DNA from: Octopus vulgaris
Lineage: Eukaryota
DNA: 64,000 bases
NCBI GenBank assembly: GCA_951406725.2
Contig: OX597818.1
Coordinates: forward strand, 127,286,001-127,350,000
Reading direction: 5' to 3'
The position numbers and the translations under genes were made by a program. Below the pieces are notes generated by a model, which made no database searches, was not told the origin of the DNA, and worked only from the letters and a program-made list of their open reading frames with translations. This document shows positions 40,340 to 53,510 of the stretch, in pieces. Positions within the stretch are counted from its first letter, which is position 1. Each line of letters opens with the position of its first letter.

Positions 40340-41670
40340 AAAAACAAAAGTATATCCAGAAACTGGAAAAGCATGGAACTTACATGCTTTTGAGAGCCTG
40401 ATATATTGCTGGAGGAGATAACCCAAACAATATCATAGCTGCGCTGAAGTGCAATGGCTACTCTAGAACTTCAGCAAAAGAAATAGGAGTTTATACGCTC
40501 CTACACTCTCATAAGATCCCACATCAGCACCTTTGATGCCATCTTTGATAATGAAGAGAGCAATGATGACAAGGATTGGGGGACGGATGTACGCGAAAGA
40601 TGTTCCCACCCAGTTGGTTGACACACAAGGAATCAAAGAAGAAGGTATAAGCGAGAAACCTGCCATGAAAGACAACCCGAGTGCAAGTGCCCCCGCTGCC
40701 AATAAAGTGAAAAACCGAGGAGGTAAAAGAGCCAAGAAAGGATAACCAAAAGAAGCAATAAAGGAAACAAAAGATGAAACAACCGAAGAAAGAAGCAAGT
40801 CTCACTGCCCATGCAACAAAAAGGGTAAAAAGAGACAGCACACACTATGTAAGTTCTATTTGAAAGGTGTCTGCTGGCATGGAGGGAGAGGTGCAGACTG
40901 TCGTTTAGCACACCAAAGTCCCTGCTACAGCAACATGAAATAGGGTAGAAATGACCGGCCAAACCGAAAGGATCACATACTACCTCATCACCGCCAATAA
41001 AAAAGGAAATACGCAGATGTAGTGTGCACTACAAACCAGTCCTATCAACATGTATAACAGCAACATTCCCCATGAAGGGGAGAAACACCACCCAGAGGTG
41101 AAAGACAATTCCATAGGTCCCAAGTCACCCTTTTAGCCAGGGATGATATTACATCAAGCGTTTCTCTCTCCCCTGTATTTTTAGCTTACAAGTGCAAGCT
41201 TAGAGCAGGACCACTTACTCGAGTCATTCTCTCTACATTCACCCAACCTTTTTACAAATTCAGTGGTGAGGGGTAGAACCTCACTCATTTTTTTGTGCAT
41301 GACACAAAAGATTGTATAGCAACTGACCTGGCTACATCAATCTCACACATGGTATTATCCCCATCACACAAAACCACCTCAGCAAATGGACCCAAGGTGG
41401 ACACCACTGGCAACAACATGGACATCATATCGATGCTCTTATTGAACAACAGAGGACTGTTAACACTCAGTAACCGGACTAAAATTCCTTTCTTGAGAGA
41501 CCTTCTTAAATGCCATCAAGCTTTATGCATAGCCCTTACGGAAACGCATCTAAAACTGGATAGAGCAAATGCAGAAATACACGTACCAGAGTATATTATA
41601 TTACGGACCGACAGAAAAGAAAGGAGTCAAGGTAGAGTTGCTGTGTACATCCGCGAGGACTCATACCTCA
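40340..41670 (+). mobile_element. Decayed 5' part of a CR1/L2-group LINE (CCCH ORF1 remnant plus APE endonuclease start)
   Basis: CKFYLKGVCWHGGRGADCRLAH at 40848-40913; LLNNRGL...IALTETHL...YIILRTDR...GRVAVYIRE. Confidence 0.85.
41055..41282 (-). mobile_element. Inverted copy of Tx1 3' region
   Basis: Reverse complement of about 44460-44688, highly similar by eye. Confidence 0.88.
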
Positions 41671-41676
41671 CGTCCT

Positions 41677-41819
41677 TTTGCACCTCGGCATCCGAAATTC
41701 GAAGTTTTATCATGGCTACCGAATAATTGTCACATATTATATTTACAGATAAATAAATCCCTCTATTTACATAATATCGAGGTCTCTTTCTTTCTTTTCC
41801 TGTCTTACCATTTTTATCA

Positions 41820-41821
<2 letters not shown>
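41677..41821 (+). mobile_element. Truncated copy of the hammerhead-bearing repeat at 53084
   Basis: cacctcggcatccgaaa...ttttatcatggctaccgaataattgt...ccatttttatcaat. Confidence 0.75.
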
Positions 41822-41825
<4 letters not shown>

Positions 41826-41869
<44 letters not shown>

Positions 41870-42029
41870 TACATATCTATACATATATATGGACATATAT
41901 GTACATACATATATAAATATATATGCATATATACATATATATACATACATATATATATACATATACACACATATATAGATAAATATATATGTATATACAT
42001 ATACATACTCATATATACGTATATGTATG

Positions 42030-42085
<56 letters not shown>

Positions 42086-42195
42086 TATATATATATACGT
42101 ATATATATATGTATATATATATATACATATATATATATGTACATATATATATATATGTACATATATATATATATATATTTATGTATATAAATATA

Positions 42196-42260
<65 letters not shown>
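41826..42260. repeat. Degenerate (TA)n tract
   Basis: Direct reading. Confidence 0.95.
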
Positions 42261-42263
<3 letters not shown>

Positions 42264-43083
42264 AATATGTATGTGACAAGGTTTAATTATATTTCATCCT
42301 TTACTTTGAAGTGTTTCAAAGGGGGATTTCTAACAAATATTCTTCAAGTTTGCTGGTAGCTTACTGGCGTAAGATTTTTGCAAATATGAAAATATTAGAT
42401 GTATATGGTGTGTCATGAGAATTCATGGAAAGGTATCCCATAAAACTCAACAAGTATGTTAAAAATGGAGAAGAGATTTTAAAATTTGAAAGACTTTTAA
42501 TACATACATACGATCTTTTCGAACAGCGATATTAAAATACATGGTAGAATAATCAGTATACCCTATAAAATATTTTTCGTTTATAAGATTTTTATATCTG
42601 AATTATTTTCGTATATTCCAGTATACTTATGTGCACCCACTACTCCATAAATAAATAAATAAATATTTTTTTCTTATATTCACAATAGACAATAACCTTA
42701 TAGTAGTTAAACACTCATTGCTTATACTTCCCTCTCACTTTATGCCAAGCTAGATTCTTTGGCCCTTTCCCACTCTATCTTTGCAACGGTATTAGTATAC
42801 ACACATTTTTGTTTATATACAAACATAGTCAACCTACTAAATATCGATAATTATAATTTTAAAAAATCTTACTACTTTCTCAGCTTTATCTCTCCTACAT
42901 TGTTAATTTTCAGTCCTACAATATCTATTATACCTCTGTCTCAGCCTCAGCAAGTATTTACTATCTTAATTCTTTAATATTAACAACTAATTTTCCTATT
43001 TTTATTTAGGAGAGAAGGAGAGGAATTAATGAAAGAGAGAGGGCGGAAAAGGAAAGAGTGAGATTTCAAGTATAGCAGCTTAC

Positions 43084-43226
43084 CTGATGCCGTAGAACAG
43101 TTCGAATGGTGCCTTTGAAGAGGAATATAACGAAGTTGTAAAACCAATTATAAGTGTCGAGGTCAAAAGCAATATCACAACTGCAATGTGTTGCTTTCAC
43201 ATCAGGAGCTCCGTGTGGTGTTTTTG
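43084..43226 (-). CDS. LBP/BPI: LBP/BPI exon (3' part of exon 4 fused to exon 5), 143 nt, phase 1->0
   Basis: Acceptor ctctctctcttag, donor gtaagc; KTPHGAPDVKATHCSCDIAFDLDTYNWFYNFVIFLFKGTIRTVLRHQ with G.P, CxC and W.YN.F motifs. Confidence 0.9.
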
Positions 43227-43299
43227 CTAAGAGAGAGAGATAGAGCAAAAGTTATGTTTTATCGAAATTACTGCAATAGAGAGAAAAACAACAGCATTA

Positions 43300-44805
43300 A
43301 TACCAGGCGGTGACAGGAGCAAAAATAATCATGAAAAGTTGCCGGGTCTGCAGTGCGGTACCATGAGAAGAGATCCATGCTATCCAACAGCGTCTTGGGA
43401 AACTGGACTGACGGACCGTTTAAATGACTCGGAGTTTGGTTAGATCCAGATCCTGGTAGGCAAAAGCAGGAAAGAGGTGACGAGCAAGATGATTTGTCTG
43501 ACTCGGAAATAGACCAAGAGCAAACTATCTCTGAAAGGTCGGGTGAGGGTTAAGAATGTCGCATCTTTCATCTGACCGTCGAGCCTCACCCTGTTTCATG
43601 GCTAGCCAAAATAGAACGCTTGTTCCTCTGCGTCCTGTGAAGGGAATGTGTTCCGCTGCTGAGGAAGGCCATTTGACGTCAACATCCGTTCCATGGAAAA
43701 ACTTGGCGTGACGTGGCTAATGAAACGCAGATATGCGCTGCGATTATGACATCAACATTTTCTTTACAAGATGCACTTTTCTGCTGCTTTTTGATTGAGC
43801 TGCAGTCTCGGTTCAAGTCTAGACCGAGGCAGGGCGCGTGGCACATAGAATGTCCTTAGGCGCTCACAGACCTCTACCAATCTGTCAGAGTGGTCTGTTG
43901 GTGTTTCACCATGATGGTCTATAGAGGATTAGTGGGGTTTAAGAGCAACAAAGTATCAGGGGAAACTCTGAGCACCGATGAAAATCAACTAACCGGTCTG
44001 TTCCGGAGGACTTTGCACCAAGCCCAATGAATAATTTCCAGAAATGAAATTCTCTGACTTAGCAGAGCTACCGGGGAAGTGGGGATAACATTTCGGGTTC
44101 AGAGGAAACTTTACAAGCGTTATAGTGCCTGTCCAAGATGCGCACAAAGCGACTAAACCGTCTTGCACGCGCTCGTAGCGTCCGTATGTTGCTGACTTGT
44201 GGTGTTATGTTGAACTGCTGATATCATATGTAGGAAAGATCTGGCTATCGGCTGACATCGCTGTACAGATCACCCCGTCACCTTCCTTTGGCCGAGAAGA
44301 GCAGGCAGTTTTCCACTGTCAGATGGCTATGGCGAAGTAGGATAGTATGATGTGTGGTGGCCACGACTGGAATGACTGAAGGCAGACACTTTCATTTACG
44401 GTCAAGTCCTCATCAACGTTTTCAAGTTTCACTTGGAAACGAAAGTGAAGTTGGAGAGAGAGGTTCTGCCCCCCCACCACTGAATTTGTAAAAAGGTTGG
44501 GTGAATGTAGAGATAATGACCCGAGTAAGTGGTCCTGCCTTAAGCTTGCACTTGTAAGCTAAAAGTACAGGGGAAAGAGAAACGCTTGATGTAGTATCAT
44601 CCCTGGCTAAAAGGGTAACTTGGGACCTATGGGATTGTCTTTCACCTCTGGGTGGTGTTTCTCCCCTTAATGGGGAATGTTGCTGTAATAAGCCTTTTGT
44701 TAATTGTTGTTTTATTGTTTACGCGTGTTTTAGTAAATTCTCACTGTCCTTTGTGTTTGTATTGTGCTAAAAGTTTTTGCAGTCCTTGTGGCCAACAAAG
44801 AAAAG
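43300..44805 (+). mobile_element. Decayed 3' part of a Tx1/L1-clade LINE
   Basis: KLSLKGRV, CPRCAQSD*TVLHALV zinc-knuckle remnant, T-rich 3' UTR ending ccttgtggccaacaaagaaa. Confidence 0.82.
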
Positions 44806-45813
44806 ATTAGTATTTTTTTGTATCTCGTTGTTGTTGTTGTTGTTGTCGTCGTCATTGTTGCGGTTGTGGTTGTTTAGCCCTAGGTCAACGTTGAACAGAC
44901 CTACGCTCACAGCATTCTAACCATCACCACCCCGCCCCTATCGGAAAAGGGACGGAGGTTTTCTTTTTCGAAAGGGAAAGTCACAGTGCGATGTGCACTC
45001 TACCTTTTTTTAATAGGACACTTTAGGTTGAAATTTAAGAGACATTAGACTGCTATTTCTAGCAAGTTGAGCGAACACACATACAGCCACTCCATCATCA
45101 TTGGCAGTCTATCTTGTCAAATCTCATGATGACCCCTAGCGACTTGTGATTTAGATGTCGAATTTAGAATTATCTAAATAAATATTTAACGAAACAGCTA
45201 GAAATATAACAAAGAAAAAATTGTGCAAATAAAAGATAAAAAATACAGAACGATAAATTAAAAAAAAATTCAAAAACAAAATCAAAAAAATATGAAGATA
45301 AGGATAGAAAGAATAAGAAATTCTGCTAAGGAAACAAAAAGAATATTTCTCAAGGCGACATGGAAATTCGAAAGAGCGACAGAATTAAGGCTTATCTTCG
45401 ACTAAACGAATAAAATTGTCTACATACATTAAAAACATTTTTGTTTTTAGCTTTTTGGGGTTTTTTTGTTTTTGTTTTTACGTTGTTTGAATATGTAAGA
45501 TGATGAATCACTCTATCACTAGTCCGAGTTGATCGCAGATGACAAAGAGGATGAAACACATACACACACATATCCCTGAATCTATTTACGTGTGTGTGTG
45601 TGTGTGTGTGTTTGTGTGATACTTTTACAAGAAGAGTGGTCACCATAAGGAGGAAGTATGGAATAATTTTTCAGTTTACAGTTAAACTGATTTTATTATA
45701 ACTCGACATAAAAGCAATGATATATATATATATGAGTTTTTAGTGAGGAATTATCAATCCGGGCAAAATATTTCACAAAGAGAAAATATGTAATGACCAT
45801 TATTTATGCCTTG

Positions 45814-45845
<32 letters not shown>

Positions 45846-46054
45846 CGCCATGTTGATTCGCTAGCCTCTGCACGCATTTTTTCTCTCCTTGTTTCTCTCC
45901 GTGTTTCTTTTCTGTGTATTTTTCTGTTGAAGAGCGTAGGCTCGAAACGTAAAAGACTTGTTTTATTTATATTCCTGAGCGCCATACTAATACAATTGTT
46001 TGTTTGTATTCCACCTGCCTTCGTCTTTTGTTTATTTTCATAAAGCTTCCCGTT
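45846..46054 (+). mobile_element. Short Penelope-like repeat with variant hammerhead-like motif
   Basis: ctgttgaagagcgtaggctcgaaacgtaaaaga; near-identical to 59394-59577. Confidence 0.6.
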
Positions 46055-46599
46055 ATATATATATATACATAGTTTCAGAGTTGTCTTGTCCGAGGAACGG
46101 ACAACATATTGAAGAAAATCCGGAGGTAACAGGCCATTGAATTGACCTAAATAAAACATTCTACACTACATTCGTATTGACTTCTTCACACGCTCCTGAC
46201 TATCAACGGATATAGGTACTGGTATACAAACATAGATACACACGCACACACATACAAACATAGAAACGCACACACGCACACACACACAACAGCTGTTTCG
46301 ACAAATGTGTGGACCATGATAAAAAAAACGCCTTGAACGTCAATTCGGTAGGATTCGAAATCATTACACCACTTCATTCTATCTCAGTCGTTATAAAAAC
46401 CGTAACAGTAACACTGACACCACCACCTAACCAGCAACTCAACAGGCACACAACCTCCAACATGAAGCCGCTGATATACCAAGAACAATAAAAATAACAT
46501 TGATCCTGGTACTACCGAAACATCGCAAATAGCAACAGCTTTGAGTCTACAACTTCCGGTTACAACAAGCCACATGTCACAGATCTATCTAGCACCCTA

Positions 46600-46817
46600 T
46601 TTCTTTATTACTAAACACGGAAGGGACAAACAAGGACAGGCATAGGTATTAAGTCGATTACATCGACCCCAGTGCGTAACTGGTGCTTAATTTATCGACC
46701 CCGAAAGGATGAAAGGCAAAGTCGACCTCGGCGGAATTTGAACTCAAAACGTAACGGCAGACGAAATACCGCTAAGCATTTCGCCCGGCGTGCTAACGTT
46801 TTTGCCAACTCGCCGCC
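46600..46817 (-). mobile_element. SINE C, full length with TSD
   Basis: TSD tatcta(g/a)caccctat. Confidence 0.9.
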
Positions 46818-46960
46818 TATCTAACACCCTATCAACCGAAAAGATACATTTACTAAATCTTTGCCCAAAATTCACTTTAGGTCAGTGATTTAAGGACAAA
46901 CTAAAGCTTGATATAGAAACTAATTTCTGCAGAAAGGTTTACCAACGAAAATGAATCTTA

Positions 46961-47115
46961 GCAGGAGTGGCTGTGTGGTAAATAGCTTGTTTACCAACCA
47001 CATGGTACCGGTTTAGTCCCACTGTGTGGCACCTTGGGCGTCTTCTACTATAGTCTCGGGCCGACCAAAGCCGTGTGAGTGGATTTGGTAGACGGAAACT
47101 AAAAGAAGCCCGTCG

Positions 47116-47207
<92 letters not shown>

Positions 47208-47687
47208 AAAGGGTGTCCCAAAAGTTGCGCACCACCCTGATACACCCTAATTGATTTCAAAAACACGTTATTGAAATTAATCGTAACAAATGCTCAAATT
47301 GAGCATCCTCTACAATAAAACATGCCGAAAAAATATAATAAAATAAAATGCTTTAAGTATTTAAAATGAAAACCAGAATGGTGCGCGACATCTGGGACAC
47401 TCTATATATGTATGTATGTATGCATGCATGTAGGTATGTATGTATGCATGCATGTAGGTATGTATGTATGTATGTATGTATGTATGTATGTATTTGTGTG
47501 TCTGTGTTCGTCTCACCACCATCGCTTGGCAACCGATGTTGGTGTGTTTACGTCCCCGTAACTTAGTTCGGCAAAAGAGACCGATAGAATAAGTACTAAG
47601 CTTACAAAGTCCTGGGGTTTGTTTATTCGACTAAACACGGTGCTCCAGCTTGGTCGTAGTCAAATTACTGAAACAAGTAAAAGAGTA
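46961..47687 (+). mobile_element. SINE A split by a MITE in its internal (TA)n
   Basis: 5' half 46961-47116, 3' half about 47490-47687. Confidence 0.85.
47209..47404. mobile_element. Tc1/mariner-like MITE
   Basis: Imperfect TIRs agggtgtcccaaaagttgcgcacca / tggtgcgcgacatctgggacactct within TA repeats. Confidence 0.8.
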
Positions 47688-47889
47688 ATATGCTAAAATT
47701 ACACATATGCAGAAAATTACTTCTATGCTAATACTACTTCAGCCAAAATACATCTATAAAATTGCTACACCCAAGACATCCATTGAAGTTGGAAAGAAAG
47801 AAACATTGGCAACTTGAGAATAAAAGAAGCTCTTTTAATTAAGAAATATACACCAAATATTAATAACCGCTCAGAACTGCACGCAGCAT

Positions 47890-48225
47890 CAGAACAGCTG
47901 AATAGTTAGCACGCTGGGCGAAATGCTTAGTAGCACTTCATCCGTGTCTACATTCTGAGTTCAAATTCCACTGAGGTCAGCTTAACCTTTCATCCTTTCG
48001 GAGTCGATGAAATGAGTACCAGTTGAGTGCTGGAGTCGATGTAATCGACTTACCCACTACCTTCAAAATTTCGTAAGGTCGTGAATCCAATTCCGGGCGA
48101 TGTGTTGTGTCCTTGAGCAAGACACTTTATTTCAAGTTGCTCCAGTCTACTCAGCTGGCAAAAATGAGTTGTACCTGTATTTCAAAGGGCCAGCCTTGTC
48201 ACACTCTGTGTCACGCTGAGTCTTC
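47890..48225 (+). mobile_element. Adjacent diverged SINE C and SINE B-related fragments
   Basis: Family motifs. Confidence 0.7.
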
Positions 48226-49650
48226 GTGAGAACCACGTTAATGAAAAAAGACAATGTTTTGGAGTGGGAAATTATACCACCCAAACAGTGGTTGAAAGAA
48301 CTTGAAGAGAGAACGGTGGTGTTGAGGACTTACTCCACCATCGCCCTATTTGAAAAGACTGTAATTGAAAAGGAGTTGGCAGAGTATCTGCGAACGAGGT
48401 TAACAAGAGCTTGGGTCTGCGGGTTGCCACCCGGGATAAAATCCGAGTGGATAGAGGAGACTATCCGCCGGGGTCTGGGTGGCAGCGGAGCCAAGCTCCT
48501 TAATGTGAAAGTTTTATCTGCGGCTGATTGGATTGGGTCAAAAGCTGTTTGACCCTGTGGACCCAATCAGCCAATCTGGTTTTTCCAGATTTTTTTTAAA
48601 TGGCTGGGTACAGGTACCCAGTGATTCTTGGGGGTCCCCCCCACGCCAGGTGTCACTAGTGCCTGGAGCCTGACCATATAAAGAAAAACTGTCTCCAGGA
48701 ACAAAGTAAAGTCCTGGAACAGTTGGTTGAGACCGTTGTAGAAGAGGGAACGAAGGCGGCCGAGGAGGCGGGGGACTCCTGAAATAAGGGCCGCAAGAGG
48801 AAGAAGGTGAGCACAATGGGTGCTCACCGAAGGATCTTAGGGATGAGGAAAGGGAGGGGAATCTCCCGGTCACGGAGAAGAAGCACCCTCCTTCAGTTGA
48901 AAAGAAAAAAAGAGGAAGAGGAAGAGAAACGGGACATTGCCGGCAGTCGGGGAAATAGTACCTGAATGTCCCGGAACCTCGTCGGTAGGGGTTGTGCCAC
49001 GGCAGGGGAAGAGACACCGTTGGCGAGAATTGTGACGCCAACGGTAGAATTGACTATCCCGATCCCGGAGGAAATAATTATTGATCTTCTTCTATAGAGG
49101 CGGAGAGGTAGAAAAGGTGATGGGAAAGCACCATAAGGGAGTGCCTTTAGCCTGCATACAGGATCCCTAATGGCCTCCGCAGATAGCTGTGGAGGTCATA
49201 ATGTTGCCCGTCATGAGTAAGCTGAAGGGACTCAATGAGGAAAATCGCTTGTGGCCGGGCGACGCCAACACGGTGCCCGCTTTGATCTTGAATGAGGCCT
49301 GGATGATGGCGGAGTATGTAGGCACAAACGATGATGAGGAGGAATAATGATAAGAGGTTGAAGAGCCATCAGTGTTATTGAAAGTTCTGAGTTTGGAAAG
49401 AAAGGTAAGAGGCTTAGCGCCTCATTTTGTTATTGAATTTTGTTATTGAATATTGTGAACAATGTAGAGGTTTGCTGCCTCATGAACAATATACAAGAGA
49501 TCAATGTTCTCGGGGAAAATCGATCGGCGGCCGTCGCATTTTCCCCCCATTAATCATCATTTTCATATCACATAATATTATTTCTATGTCCTGCCCGCAG
49601 CTTTCTTTCTCTGTGTAAGGCCTTATGGCCAATATGATGAAATAAAGAAG
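48226..49650 (+). mobile_element. Second ORF1-only Tx1-like derivative
   Basis: EERTVVLRTYS...TRAWVCGLPPGIKSEWI; no RT motifs; tail tgtgtaaggccttatggccaat...aataaagaa. Confidence 0.6.
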
Positions 49651-50592
49651 CTTGCTTCCTAACTACATGGTTCCGTGTTCAGTCCCCCTGCAAGACAACT
49701 TGGACATGTGTCGTCTATTATACACACGACAGGCTTCTTTCAGTTTCCGTCTACTAAATCCACGCACAAGGCTTTGGTCGGCCTGAGGCTATAGTAGAAG
49801 ATACGCGGTGTGACTGAACCCGGAACCATGTGGTTGGAAAGCAAGCTTCTTACCACACAACCACGCATACCCCTCCACCACGGCCTTCTCTAAATATCTA
49901 AGGCTTCTTGACTTTTGTTGTCCCCTTATTAGCTCACAACGCTCCTTATGTGCGCGCTGGTGTTCCTGATTCAAACTACTGGAAGGAAGGAGCTTATTCA
50001 TGAACACAGAGCAGAGAAAGACAGGATTATATATTCATAACTGAATTTCAATTACCTCGGATTTTCATTCTTCTTCTTTTCCTCTTCCTTCTCCATCTGC
50101 TCCTTCACCTCATAATCATCATCACAAGTAAATTGCCTGATAATCTTATCAAAGGATAATGCTAGAGACTAAACAATATACTTGTGTTTTAATTCACCTC
50201 TGAGAGTAAGTAAAATTGACTTGTTTAGTGGAGAACAGATATGAGATAAAAGCAATTTCATAGACAAATAAAGACCCATATACACGTGCACACACACACA
50301 CACACACATGCACGGTCTCATACACGATCTCATATACACACACACATATAAATAAAAACCGATCCAACTTAGCAACAAAGCAAAAGTCGTTTAAAGCAAA
50401 ACAGAAAAAAAAAAATAACATCAACGAAAGTGTTCTTTTTTTTACATTGGGTTTATAGAAACAAGCAATTAAAGTTGTCTGACCTTTGACACGCACTGTG
50501 TGATCCTTTTACGTGGTGTAGGTTCACTTCCGTTTTATGGTTGAATTTTACATAGGCATGCTTGCCTGCTTACAAGCATAAAAGTGAATATG

Positions 50593-50737
<145 letters not shown>

Positions 50738-51380
50738 GGACAGAGTGGAGTAAGAGATGGGGTAGAGGCTGTGTATACTTATGTATGTTTCAGTGTGCGA
50801 ATGAGACACACAGAGAGGAAGGAAAAAAGATAAAGACAAATTAGAATGTGTGTGTTCTAGCGCCATAGAGTCTGTATATGCAAACACACAAAATACATAC
50901 ATATATGCACACAGATATGCACACACATATACATAACTACAAGCATACATTACATACATACATACATACATACATAAATACATACATACATACATACATA
51001 CATACATACATACATACACATATTATGTAGTAGTTACATATACATTCCCATAATTCAGAACAAGTAAGGACTATGGAACGTGTCCCCACGTCAAGATTTG
51101 TTTAGGGGAGAAGTATACAAAGTATATATATATAAACCTTAATTGTGATGGGACTTCTGATAATCAGTGCTAAGAAAATTTAGTTCACAATTTCATAAAC
51201 TTGAATAATTTATTGCGTCTTGAAGAGAGGTGAGTCTTTGATATAGGGTCCGTCTAGCTCAGTGGTTTTCAACCATTTTTTGCTTATAGACCCCTTTGAT
51301 TCTTATTTTACTCCTATTTCACCCGGGGGCGAGACCTCTCACACCCAGTTGAGGTGTAAAAATTCATTTTTATAATTAAA

Positions 51381-51631
51381 CTAGCAGTATCGCCCGGTGT
51401 TGCTCGGGCTTGTTTCGACCCTTTAGAATTGGAATTTTTGAAAAGTAAAAATTTTGCATTATGTAGCTTGCTATTCTCTTTAAGTGAACATTTTCTGGTT
51501 GAAATACACCGAAAAATGGCGACACAGCAGTAAAAAAATCGTAAAAATAGGGATTTTCACAGAAAAAAAGCACCTTTGAAGGCTACCAAACCTGCCATAC
51601 ACAGACAACTTCAGCTTTATATATAGAGAGA
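51381..51631 (-). mobile_element. Short non-autonomous Helitron
   Basis: Shared hairpin-CTAG and TCTCTCTATATATAAAG ends. Confidence 0.8.
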
Positions 51632-52054
51632 TAATTTTAGCAACAGTATAAAAAAAATGTTTAAATATTTTGGGTATAGTAGAAATACAAGCAGTTTATT
51701 GCACATATATTTTAACAGCAAAATCTTTTATAGACCTCCATATCTAGCTCAACTGAATATATTACTCAAAATAGCTCAACACAATCAAATGGACGTTTTA
51801 TACTTACAAATAGTACTCGTGCATAGTTAAGACCTAAGAAAGACACGTATCACACTGTCCCATAAGGATTTACTTTGTCGTATACAAAAAATCATCCAGA
51901 AAAATAAAGACAAAACTGAGATCATTGAAAACTGCTAATAACTGCAGGTCTATGGTTACATTTGTCTGAACTAAATGCATGGGCACAGTAAGTAGTTGTA
52001 TAGAAGTCCCACAAACATAGGGGCCCAATTCTAATTCGTATATGCTGTGGGCTT

Positions 52055-52345
52055 GCTGGTTACGACAGTGAGTGTCTCAAATGGTTCTATCAACAGAACA
52101 GCCTGCTCGAGAAATTGACGAGCAAGTGACTGAGCACTGCACAGACAGGAGTACCCTTAACGTAGTTCCCAGGGAGATTCAGCGTGACAGATTATGACAA
52201 GGCAGGCCTTTTGAATTTACAGGTACAACTCATTTTTGTCAGTTAGGTGGACTGAAGCAATGAGAAAAAAAGGGTCTTACCCAAGGAGACAACGCGCCGC
52301 ATGGAGACGAACTCATAACCTTACAATTGTGAGCCAAATATCCTT
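52055..52345 (-). mobile_element. Diverged SINE B-related copy
   Basis: gaacagcctgctcg, tacccttaacgtagttc, acaggtacaac. Confidence 0.75.
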
Positions 52346-53044
52346 ACCACTAATCCATGCGCCGCCATCTTGCTAACAATAAATGTATATTATAAAGCCC
52401 AATATACTGATTTTTCCTGGAACCTATAACCCTGCTAAAACGGGCCTGGCTGAGCCAGCAGGTTGCCTCTCCTTGATGAGCTGCCTTCATGACAATTAAA
52501 AAGTACGTCCACACATACCTTCGAATTTTTATAGAGAGCGCTCGTTCACCCTCTCGAGTTTAAATTCCATCAACTTGGCTATAAGGAACACTACGAGAGT
52601 ACACAATCAAACCTGCAATTGGTTAGCATGAACACGTAACCATGTGACCAGCACGGATAAGCCAGCACTCGGTCAAAAACTGTTGAATTGATGGTGTAAG
52701 CTCACACACGCATGCACACACATTCTTCTCTCGATTGACACGGCAGACTGGTTCTGATAGTCATCGTATGAGAAACGTTTTTATTGATATTATCATTAGA
52801 GATCCGCCGAGGTTGACTTTGCTTTTCATCCTTTCGGGGTCGATAAATTAAGTAGCAGTTGCATGCTGGGGTCGATTTAATCGACTGCCCCCTCCCCTCC
52901 CCCAAAATTTCGGGCCTTGTGCCTAGTGTAGAAAAGGATATAAACCACTGTTGTTCCTGGAAGTTTTTTTTAATAACGTTTACGGGCTACTCGAATCTTA
53001 CTAACTTCCTACAACCGAATCCTTGGATGATACATTTATATATC

Positions 53045-53086
<42 letters not shown>

Positions 53087-53124
53087 AATGTAATATGTGA
53101 CATCGGAAAAAAATCCGATGACCG

Positions 53125-53185
53125 GATAACTGAAGAGATGGCGGCGTGGATTTTCACCTCGGCATCCGAAACTTGGAGTTTTATC
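53125..53185 (+). ncRNA. Type I hammerhead ribozyme motif in a Penelope-like repeat (53084-53290)
   Basis: gataa CTGAAGA gatg...catc c GAAA ct-tgg-ag TT ttatc; enclosed by complementary arms 53085-53102 and 53202-53219. Confidence 0.65.
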
Positions 53186-53302
53186 ATGGCTACCGAATAA
53201 TTGTTACATATTACATTTAAAGATAAATTCCTCTATTTACATAATATCGAGGTCTCTTTCATTCTTTTGTTGTCTTACCATTTTTATCAATATATATATA
53301 TA

Positions 53303-53473
53303 GGCGCAGGAGTGGCTGTGTGGTAAGTAGCTTGCTAACCAACCACATGGTTCCGGGTTCAGTCCCACTGCGTGGCATCTTGGGCGAGTGTCTTCTGCTA
53401 TAGCCCCGGGCCGACCAATGCCTTGTGAGTGGATCTGGTAGACGGAAACTGAAAGAAGCCTATCGTATATATG

Positions 53474-53510
<37 letters not shown>

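Noticed and set aside
51260-51300. hAT/Charlie-like terminus cagtggttttcaacc
   Set aside because: No matching second TIR or 8-bp TSD found
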